From the NCBI GenBank assembly GCA_010093605.1, contig MU004186.1, forward strand, positions 1,902,616 through 1,966,615: a DNA stretch of 64,000 nucleotides, read 5' to 3'. Below the pieces are notes generated by a model that was not told the DNA's origin, did not search any database, and worked only from the letters and a program-made list of their open reading frames with translations. The stretch is from Lophium mytilinum (Eukaryota). Shown here piece by piece: positions 53,839 through 64,000 of the stretch (positions within the stretch are counted from its first letter, which is position 1; the number at the start of each line of letters is the position of its first letter). The position numbers and the translations under genes are program-made.

Positions 53839-56800
53839 ATGTCGGCTCGGCCCACTCCAACCACCGCATTCAAACCCACTCCACCACATCGCAAGCACGA
53901 CTACTCCCACGAAATCGAGTCCAACCTCCAAGAGCTCGGCCTCCTGGGCTCCACGTCGCGCAAGAAGGCCTACAGGAAGCCCAAGGGCGTCGAGTTCCGG
54001 ACACCGGTGGTCCACGACAGTACGGCTCCCGCTCCCGTTCCCGCTACCTCCTGCTTCGTCGTTTGTTCCACGCTTTGACCTGGCTCATATGTTGTCTTAT
54101 TCAGGCCTGCGCCCTCGCTCCCGCCAATCCCAACTCTCCTCCGACACCGCCAAACCCCTCTCCTCGCGCAGCACCTCCTCCCACTCCCCCCATCCGCGTT
54201 CTTCCAGAGGCATGGCCGGCGTCCTCGACATTGAGCGGACGCGCACCCGCCGCGAGAGGACCTTCATTGGCAGTGAGTGCTCTGTCTGCGAAGAGCCTCT
54301 AGAGCACACCCTTCGCGGCGAGCGCATCCTACAGCTCTCATGCGGCCATGTCGCTCACGAGGCATGCTTCTACGAGTACATCCGCGAGTTCGAGTCGCAA
54401 ACATGTCCCACCTGCGAGGCGCCATTGGGCCTAGATACTAGCAGAGGGGGAAATGTCTTGGACCTAGGTGAGTTTATTTGAATAACATGTAGTTTTCCCT
54501 AACATTCGCGTAGAAAAGCTAAGTACCCTGGTTCGCTCAGTGCAACACTCGGATACAAGGGACAATGGCCGGAGCACCCAAGTTACCCCAACTCCCTGGG
54601 ACACACAGACAGTTACTGAGAATCCTCGAACTCGCGACGGGCCAGAACTTCAGAATCGGCCACCACCGCAGCAGCAGCAACAGCATCATGACCCAAGAGG
54701 AGATCACCGCCAAAGGGAGAGTAGCCACAGCCGCGAAAGCCGTGAGCGATCAGAACGAATGGGTTCATCGTCGCGCCAGCACAACCGGAACGACAGCGGA
54801 GCGACAGGAGCCGCATCGTCTGGGGATTACGCCGATACTCACAATCCAACTGGACGAAGACACGATTACGACGTGCAGTCCATGGAAACGAGCCTCAGCA
54901 GCCCCCGCAGCTTGCTCAAGAATCCAATTCCAGCACCCACAGTCACAGTCCGCAGCGAATTCCCAACCCTCAACCGGTCTCGTCAGCAGCAGAGTTTGAC
55001 TTGTCTCATAACCATCGAGGTTGTGGAAGGCAAATGGCGACCAGATCCAGAAGACATGCGCACCGTTCCGCCAGTTCCTTCAATCCACCCAAGCGAGAAT
55101 TACGGGAGGTCAAAATCTCCGGCCCCAAGCCGAGCGCTCGACAGCTTGTACGAGTCTCCTGAAGTTCTGGACGAAGTAACAGAAGATCTGCATTCACGCG
55201 TGGACAATTGGCATGGCCTGGACTTTTCAAGGTATTTGAGTCAGGTGGCTTCTTTAGGAAGTGGTTGACTGACGAATTTCTAGGTTTGGCAAGCTTCGTT
55301 TGCACGGCCACGTCCGGGTTGGCAAGGATCGCCAGTCTTGGCAGGAACTGGAGTGCTACCTTTTCTCCGAGATGCTCATCTGCGTCAAAGAGAAGAAGGT
55401 GGCCCAAGCACCGCATTGGGATGGCGCTGAGTCTGTTAGCAAGAAGACGAAATGCACACTCAAGGGGTCGATTTTGATCAAGAAGCACCTGAAACAAGTC
55501 GAGCACGCTCCTGGTAAGTAGTTCATCAAAGACGAGGGTAAGAGCGGAAACTAATGCAGCATAGATGAGGCTATTTTGACTCTGAGCCTTTCCGTGGCTG
55601 AACTACCTTCTTTCCACCTCCAATTTCAGAACCGCAACCAATTGGAACCATGGAGACGAGCGCTTCTGGATATCAACATGGAACCCTCCGCCAGGGTATC
55701 GGATTACGATCACGATAACTCTGGAACTGACGAGGACGACTACCGCACGAGCAATTCCAAGAACAAGCGAGTTTCGTCTGGGAACTCGTCGTATGGCGCG
55801 GCGAGGTCGACGAACACGGCTCCAACCGAGTACACGAATTCGCGTGTTGGGATGCCAGACATGCGAGCTTCATCGCCAATCCACGTACCTCTCGACATTG
55901 TGGTTGTCATCCCGGTTTCGTCGTCGATGCAAGGTCTTAAAATAAATCTACTCCGCGACGCCCTAAGGTTCATGGTTTCGAATCTGGGCGAGCGTGACAG
56001 AATGGGCCTTGTGACGTTTGGCTCCAGTGGGGGCGGGGTCCCATTAGTTGGCATGACCAGCAAAGCTTGGAATGGCTGGCCGAAGGTATTGGATTCCATA
56101 CGCCCGGTCGGTCAGAAAAGTCTCCGCGCAGATGTGGTGGAGGGCGCCAACGTTGCGATGGATCTGCTCATGCAGCGCAAGTCAACAAATCCGCTTTCTA
56201 GCATTATGCTCATCAGCGACTCGTCAACGTCAGACGCAGAGAGCGTGGACTTTGTGGTGTCGCGAGCCGAAGCCGCCAAGTAAGTGTATTGCTATTCGTT
56301 CATAATGCCTTAGTGCTAACCAGAACAGGGTCGCCATTCACTCCTTTGGGCTTGGCCTCACCCACAAGCCTGACACGATGATCGAGCTGTCAACGCGCAC
56401 CAAGGCGTCGTACACGTACGTCAAAGACTGGATGATGCTGCGCGAGTGTGTAGCGGGCTGCCTGGGGTCGCTGCAGACAACGTCGCATCAGAACGTGAAA
56501 CTAAAGTTACGGCTCCCCGAGGGCTCGCCCGCCAAGTTCGTCAAGATTAGCGGCGCCCTGCAGATCACGAAACGCGCAACAGGCCGCGATGCCGAAGCCT
56601 CATTGGGCGACCTGCGATTCGGCGACAAGCGAGGTAAGCAGCGCTGTCTTTCTAGTTTTGGGGCCAGTGTTTCTAATAACATTTCCAGATATCTTGGTGC
56701 AGCTCGCCATTGCGCCCGACACAGCCTCGCCGGAGCAGCTGCCCCAGGACCCTTGGGAGACGATCGTGTCCGGCCTAGAGGCCCTAGGCGGCCCGCTAGA

Positions 56801-57566
56801 CCAGGACGATCAGCGCAGCCTGAGCGTTGAGGAGGTGCCGTTGATCCAGGCCGATCTCGTCTACGGCGACATTCTTCGCGAGGGCTCCATCTCCCACCTT
56901 CCTAGACCGTCGCTGCTGGCGATCACCATGCTGCCCTCGACATCGAAGAAGAACTCAACAGGACGACCCTCCACGCCGCCTATCCCACCTCATCCGTCCG
57001 TCGTGCAGAGGCGGATGGAACTGCTCACATCGGACATGCTAACCCGCGCTCTGACACTTGTATCGCGAGGGCAACACGAGCGCGCACACCACCTACTTAG
57101 CGAGACCCGCAGTATCCTAAAAGGCCTAGGTAAAGGAGGCCTACCACCGCTGCCACCCCCTGGTGGCCCTCGAGGCAGCAACGGCCCCAGTGCCCCCAGC
57201 AGTGCTGGCCAAGCATCTCCCATGGTGGACGGCGCCGATCGAGGCACAGAACGACCTCGCACACCGTCGCCTCACGCCGAGAACCCCTTTACTCCTGCTG
57301 CTGGCATCGACGCAACGACCATGTACGCTCTCGACGCCGAGCTTGAATCTTCCCTCGAATGGATGAACCACCCGGCTGTCTTTGGCCGCGACTCTCGGAA
57401 AGCCGTACTGCAGGCTATTGGTGTCATCAGCTCCCAGCGGGGCTACACCTTCCGAACGCCCTCGGAATCGCTCTGGGCAGAACGCATCACGGGCGTGAAG
57501 CGACTCTCGGAGCGGTCGCGAGAGTGGCGCGAGGCCGGAGATGAGGCCCTCATGGAAGAGAACTGA
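53839..57566 (+). CDS. RING-H2 / PH / von Willebrand A scaffold protein (Far1/Ste5-like architecture)
   Basis: CSVC...CGHVAHEAC...CPTC RING-H2; PH-like ECYLFSEMLICVKEK...LKGSILIK...WRRAL; vWA PLDIVVVIPVSSSMQGLK...DRMGLVTF. About seven exons; the first intron is inferred at 54020-54104, and an alternative start lies at 54212. Confidence 0.9.
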
Positions 57567-60500
57567 GCGCGGCACAGCACAGCACAGCATGGAATGGCAG
57601 CACATGCCCAAGTTACGACCCTAATGATCCTTGTACATCTGTAGCATACGACTTGGAAAAAAAGCTCTAGGTAAGGTTTTTCTGGAATGGGGTTCAACGG
57701 GGGGTGGGGGGCTCTGCTATCTATCCTTTGCCACATATTTTCATTGTCTACTTTCCCATCTCCAAACCGCCTCCTACTTTGGAGAAATTTCGAGGTGTTA
57801 TCTTTGGGCTTTCTGATGGGGAACTTGGTTTGCACGCAAATGATACCAACACAGTTACAGTTCGATGTCTTTGTTTTTTTTCTTGGGTCCTTTCCTCATC
57901 CTTTCCATTTCTCTACGACCGACAAACACCGGGTGAGAGAGTTGGGAATTGGCGGCTTTTGAGTTATTCTTGCGATCCTGCATTAGAGCGAGAAACAATC
58001 TGTTTTTGGGGATATAAAGATACCAGTAAGGGGGCCCAGCGGCGACTCTCTTCAAAGGTATCTGTTTCTTGTTTCATGCGTTTGGAATCATCTACATTGC
58101 CTATCTCTCTGTCTTGGCTATACACTTTTCCTTTTGTTAACGGGCGTTTCTTCTCATGTCCCTGGAATGCGCATTGGGCAAAGCGGGTAGCGAGCACGAC
58201 ATATGCGCTATGTATCAATCCATCAATCTATCAATTCGAACGTCATCGTATCACTACCCACGTGCGGTGTACGCCTTCGCGTGTATATCATACGATGCCG
58301 CCCCCACCCCACCTCGTGACTATGAAGAGGTCAGCCGAGTCGGCGCTATCGGCGACTGAGCGCGGACAGTGAAACGTTCCAGATCTTTCGATAAAGGCTG
58401 ACTACTGACGGGCGGGAGGGCCCGTGGTGCATTGCACTGCACACAAGCCCTACCGGCGTCCGCGTATCACCTCGTCCGCTATCCGTAGTTTGTGCTACGG
58501 AGGGCCACCACCGGCGCTTGTGCGGCTGCTGTGTGACGGTAAGCGGTTGGCTGCTGCGGGATGAGGAAGGATTAGAGATCGAGGCAGCGGCAGGGATGGA
58601 TGTTTGGGGAGGGGAGGGAGAGGGATGGTATGAGAGCAAGGGTGAGGGCTGTTAGGTATCCGTGATCTTGGAGGCGTGTGCCTGGAAGAGGGAAGAGGTA
58701 AGGTGATGGGTTGGCCAATGAGAGGGGGCGTGGGGTCATATTTGATGCTATATAGTCACGCACGAGGGTTAGTGTTGAAGGATCAGACACGGGGAATTGG
58801 AGTATAATGATGGGGCGAATGCGAGAATCCTATTCATGGACGCTCGTTGATGAAGACGGGATGGCAAGACGGTGCACGAGTTCCAAGGATGAGACGTAGG
58901 ATGAAATTATATTCATGTAGGATGGGATTGAGACGCGATGAAGAAAGTATATTGATGTAACGCTTGCACGGCGATCGATGACATGAGTAAAAAGACGCCA
59001 GTAAGCAAAATGAATACGAGAGCTGTTGGAGTCTGCAAGGAAGGCCGTTGCGGATTCTCGCGGCCCTCGGATCTCCCTGAGGCTCAACAGGAAGCCTGTT
59101 ATTCCAGGGTCCAGCTATATCACGATGTCAGCAGTCTGCCCCGACCACGCGTGGCTTTGGCGGACCTGGCTCCGCGTCCTCCATCATCATAGTACCCGGG
59201 AACTCGCGGCGCCGTTCCGAACTCGGGACTGTGGAGTGCGTGCCTAAGCAGCAGCGGAAATATCGGTTGCATTTAACTTTCTGCTACGGCTGTCTCTGCG
59301 GAGCATAAACCTTGGGAAGGGCATGGTGGTTGGCTAGCCGGCTGCATCTACAAGCGTAGCGCGAGTAGCTCGATCCCGACATGGCGGACCGCGAGCGGTG
59401 TATCCAAGTGCCGCCTGACGATTGCAACCTGATGCATTGACGTGCTATTTTTGCGCAGCGACGTGCGGTGAGGCTTTTGAAACGTGAAAGTCGTGAGGAG
59501 GGGGCGCCGGAAGCGGTAATGAGGAGCATCACAAGCTTAGGGATGGATGAGGAATCTTGTTTTTCTGGGGGATGTGGTGCAGTAGACCACACCCTCATCC
59601 CCCGAGACGGGCAAGCGTCCTCGCTCTGCCCTACAGGCCCTGGCCGGTGGAGGGCGGAGTGGTGGTTGCACTGCATTTGCTTGCTGCAGGCAGCTCGAGC
59701 ACCGAGGAGGGTGCTGCTCGGGGATCGAGGATAGGGCAAACGGCCAATCCCTCGAGTCCTACAGAAGCACCAACAGACACAAGGCCCGGTGGTAGACTTG
59801 GTGCCAATCGATAGTCTCCGGAGGATGGAATTGCCCGAGCAGTGATCGCCCTGACTCTGGACGCATATGCACGTTCGAGCGCGCTCGCCAACCTCCTGCT
59901 GAGGGCGTGCACGCTTCATGCAGCCCCCGCCGTGTGGCTGAGACGTCGCCAAAACGGGGCGTCGTCGAGCCAGGATCTGGTGTCCATTCGGGGGCGTTCC
60001 GTACGACGCGGATTCATTACCGCTGGTGTCGTGTAAAAGGGGTGTACTGCGACGTAAGTGGAAGTGGTGGCCGACCCGCGCGTCTGGCACCAAAAACAAA
60101 GCTTGCAGCGAAGGATTAGAGCTGGATCCGGGCCTCCGATGCGGTTAATTCTCCTGCAACTGGTTTCTAGAGTGTCGGGGAGAGGAGGGTGGCTGGATGG
60201 GTGGCGCGACGGAGCATGGTCTTCTTCAGAGTTGTGAAGGGCTGCCGCGGTATGCCGTCACTGAGTCGATAGTGGCTGGATGGTGGCGGGAGCGAGAAGA
60301 AGCAAAGATGCAGGGCGAGAGGGGTGCTGTTGGCTGCAGCATTTGGGCCTCCTCGCATGCGTTTACCCTGTGGGAGAGCTGGGTATGAAAAGCAATGGCG
60401 GTGCTGGATACTGCACAGGTGGAGAAAAGTAGTTTAGATAGCGAGGAAGTGTACTCGAACTTCTGATACTTGCCTTCTTCATCTCGTTATAGTCTTCGAT

Positions 60501-62718
60501 CGAACATCAATCCTACTAAAGCTGTTGAAGAACCCAAGGCCCACGTAGACGGAGTCACATCCGTGGTTCAACCCTCAGGTACCGACTCCCAACCACCAAT
60601 TGCGTCTCTGCCACATTACCCGTCAGCGTGACAGCCAATGCCGTCTCGAGACGCTGCCAGGAACCACACAGCCCGTCCTGCCGTCGTTACCGCTCCACCG
60701 GGTCCAGAGAAGAAGCAAGTGAGCGCGATGACAGAGATCCGACGTGCTTTACTGCCCTGAGTGGACTACTCTTGTCCGCCACTATCTTTCTTATCCTAAT
60801 CTCTGAACAAAAGAGGTAGCTACAAGAGAAGATTAAGAGCACAGTAGGCTATTTCGAATTCAGACTAGCAGTAGAGGTAGAAGCATGCCATCACATCACT
60901 AAAACACTCACATACACCTCCCTTGCTTGCTTGCGTTTGGGTTGGACCCAAGCATCTAGTTAACGCATACCACCAGCAATAGTCACCAACAGGACAGGGC
61001 ACCTGGCTGCACCCAGGCAGAGAACCCAAAACACCAACCGCCCATGCAGGCTATCGAAATCGGAAACCGAAAGGCCTTGTCGACATGCATCCCAACACGT
61101 CGGACCCACCTTTGCCCACAGGAGACTGAGTGCACAACCATGAGACGTCTCCAAGGCTGTGTTCTCAACCTGCCGCCTATTTTCAATAGCAAGAGCAGCA
61201 CCGTTCCGTCCCGTCCCACCAAACGGTCACGCCGAGTCCAAACACCCGTCTTCCTTGCTCCCGTCGATCAAACGCCATCCTTCGAGTTCATCACTTCCTT
61301 CTTCCAGCCAGCCATCCCAGCCTCCCCAGCCCATGGACGAGGCCCACATCCCTGTCTCCGTACCATGGAAAGCAACTGCAGGTTCCATAAAAGCCATCAC
61401 TTTAACTTCAACTTCAAAACACTTTTATCCACCATCCGATCGCCTCATTCTCTTCGTGCTTTATGACGCAATCATCGTCACACTCCCACAAACTCCCTCG
61501 TCGTTAACCAAGTTAGAACTGCGCCCTCCAGCCGCACAGCATCTCGCATCACCACCATCAGGCACAAACAGAAGCAAAGCGGCCCCACCACCAAAACGGC
61601 CGCCAAACGTGACAACGCCAGGGGTCACTGTGCACCGCAGCACCTTTAATCTCGCCGGCCACAGGCAACCCCCCTCCCTCGTATCCCTGGAGTGTCTGCA
61701 TCGTACGGCCGTTGGACCAGGGCTCTCATGTACCCAAGTACCGAGCTGGGGTGTGCCCATGTCGCCGTCTGCCCAGCCGAGCACCGCACGCCTGACACCT
61801 GCAGTGCAGTGCCGAAGCGGGTGCCGGCATCGGGAATGAATGGTGATGGACGAGCCTGACAAGCGCTGTAGTCATGGTATGTACATAGTAAGATGCTGCC
61901 TTGTGTCATGAGGTGCCTATCGTTGCTTTCTTCATCTACTTCGGGTCAACTACAGTATTACTTTTACATACAACGAACTCACCTCGTACGTCCTCGACTC
62001 CACAAAGCCCCGCTGATTGCCATTCTGTACTATGTGAAAAGTGCGCGTTTGTCTGAAAGGAGCGAAGTGGCCGCCGCGATAGGACACGCCGTTGGAGCTT
62101 GCAATCTGCGAGTGGTAGTGCGACGCGATGGGCAAGGTACAACCAGGCAGACAGACGCTGTCAAGTTAATAGTCAACAGTCGTACTAACCCCTATTCTAG
62201 TTTGACACAAAGCTTAAATCAGATGTCTGAACTGATTAGGCTGCCAGTAGTGTCTACGCACTTGCGCGTCTAGAGCGCCTGCATACTGACAGTTTGTAGG
62301 CGCCGCACATAGACATTAAGACCGTAAAGTCGTTGTACGCTCGCTTAGCTCATCCACGAGACGTTACTCTCTTTCCACGCAAGTACAGGCACACAGACAG
62401 GTACAAGTACAATACACAGGTCTCGCATGACTCTACTCGTCAACAAACCTCATTAAACGCAAGAATGGAGATCATCCCGCTCGCGGATTGTCCCGACAGG
62501 GCTCTTCTCGGGCCCACTTACCACTCCGCGGGATCTCTAACCGACGTGGAGCCCAGCCCAGCCCAATCGCTCTCCATCCTCCCGTCGATGGAGAGACAGC
62601 TAGATCGCTGGAAGCGCCGGAACAGTGCCGGCATAAGGCATGGTGAGTCGCGTCCCTGCGTCTTCTCGCACGAAGGATTCACGTGTTGGACGTGCTCCGT
62701 TGCACGGCGCGCTCTGCC

Positions 62719-64000
62719 TTACCACCCCACGGAGGAAAGGGCTCTCTTGAAATCGCTCGCTGTAGAAATGTCAGATGATGTTTGTGACCCTCTGCAGTCG
62801 ACATCAGGAGTAGCACAAACCGTAGCTAGAGGTTGCGTGGCAGTCTGACAGGTCCTGTTTCTCACGCGCCTGTGGGAGCCTGGATGGAGTTAGTTGCGGA
62901 AATAGAGGATGATGCCAATAGACGCGGGGGCGCGACGTACCACTCTTGAATCTTCTCCTGGCGATTGTGGTTTGAAGGGTGAGTAGAGAGGAATTGGGGG
63001 GGTTCGCCCTTTTGGGCTTGGGCCATGCGTTGCCAGAGGCGTACGGCGGCTTCGGGGTTGTAGCAGCTTTGTGCCATCATTAGGAGGCCGATGTAGTCGG
63101 CTTCTGCCTGTTGTGGCTTTAGTATCAATCACGAGCGTTACTGTTGACGATGGGAGATTGATATACCTCTTGCTTCCTGCCTCCAGGGCGAGCGACCACG
63201 AGGTCTGTAACAAGCCTACTGATACCTTCTGGTACCCCGATCGAGTAGCTTAGTATGATGTTTATCAAAAACAGCGGGAGTGCTTGGCTCATCCGCTCCG
63301 CTGTATGATGCGCAACATTATGCGCAATCTCGTGACCCAGCACCGCCGCAACTCCATCATCATCACCGCATATAGGAAGAATACCAGAAAAGACAAATAC
63401 CTTGCCGCTAAACCCTAATCATTAGCACAAGTCCAACCTCACTCGGCCAAAGCATACTGCTTACCCAGGAATAACAAAAGCATTCACCTCATCACTCTGT
63501 ATAACATGCACCTCCCACTCCTCCCCCTCCAGCCCCGACTGCGGAATCAGCCGCTCCAACACCCGCCTCACTTGTTGCGTCGCCGGATGCCACTCGGGTA
63601 GTATCCGCCCGCTGTATTCCTGCAAGATCTGCTGGTAGCCGGCTTCGCCTTGGGATTTCTCCCACTCGGAGCTTATGCAGTTGAAGCGGCGGCGGCCGGA
63701 TACCTGGACCAGACACCCCCATATCAGAAACAGGCAAATAAGACTTCAGAAATGGAAGAGGCGAGGCGTACCGGTACTGTTTCTAGGTTGAAGACGTAGA
63801 ATCCACCAGCTACAGTCGTCAACCCGCCCACCTCGCGGTAGAAGGTTGGGCGGGCGGCCCAGCGCTGCCATATGTTGCCTGAGCCGCCTTGGAAGCGCTG
63901 GTATTGTGGTCGGGCGGGCCTTTGCTGGCGGTAGAAGCGGTAGCCGGGGTTTTGGGGTTTGGGTTGTAGGAAGGTCTGGCGAGCGAGGGTTGATCGGTAT
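62719..64000 (-). CDS. OMA1: Mitochondrial M48 zinc metallopeptidase OMA1; 5' end runs off the window
   Basis: NAFVIPG/GKVFVFSGILP, VLGHEIAH (HEXXH), EAEADYIGLLMMAQSCYNP, FLSTHPS; last exon ...DFKRALSSVGW* ends at 62719. Confidence 0.92.

Noticed and set aside
57704..60099. 222-aa (57704-58372) and 271-aa (59284-60099) ORFs
   Set aside because: Non-ATG starts, random-looking composition, no motifs.
60520..60590. GGTTCAACCC resembling a tRNA T-loop
   Set aside because: No acceptor stem, D-arm or anticodon arm could be folded by eye.

Overview
Filamentous ascomycete (Pezizomycotina, probably Dothideomycete-like) genomic DNA with intron-containing genes at about 50% GC, interrupted by two AT-rich blocks inactivated by repeat-induced point mutation (RIP). 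Block 1 (4592-20344) is a minus-strand Ty1/Copia element (130-bp LTRs, ACTTG target-site duplication) with a complete Ty3/Gypsy chromovirus (5777-13991, 220-bp LTRs, CTAGA duplication) nested in its unusually long 3' region. Block 2 (39879-41353) is a 189-bp MITE directly abutting a 1284-bp DD34E Tc1-like element. Host genes: TMEM184/OST-alpha transporter (partial), Zn2Cys6 transcription factor, tandem GRF-type zinc-finger protein, UBP12-like deubiquitinase, a protein with a retropepsin-like fold lacking the catalytic Asp, IAH1-like SGNH esterase, CLC channel, a single-pass cell-surface protein, PIK1, a CBM1 protein, a BTB protein, a GT8 glycosyltransferase, a Far1/Ste5-like RING-PH-vWA scaffold, and OMA1 (partial). 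The most notable item is absent from the ORF track: a 36-aa Cys-rich peptide gene ending in a CAAX motif (38894-39004, minus strand) with a 5'-UTR intron and clustered upstream AAGCTTTG motifs. It is a candidate atypical a-factor-type lipopeptide pheromone or prenylated metallothionein-like peptide. All calls come from reading the sequence by eye; no database searches were run, and exon boundaries and de-RIPped translations are manual inferences.
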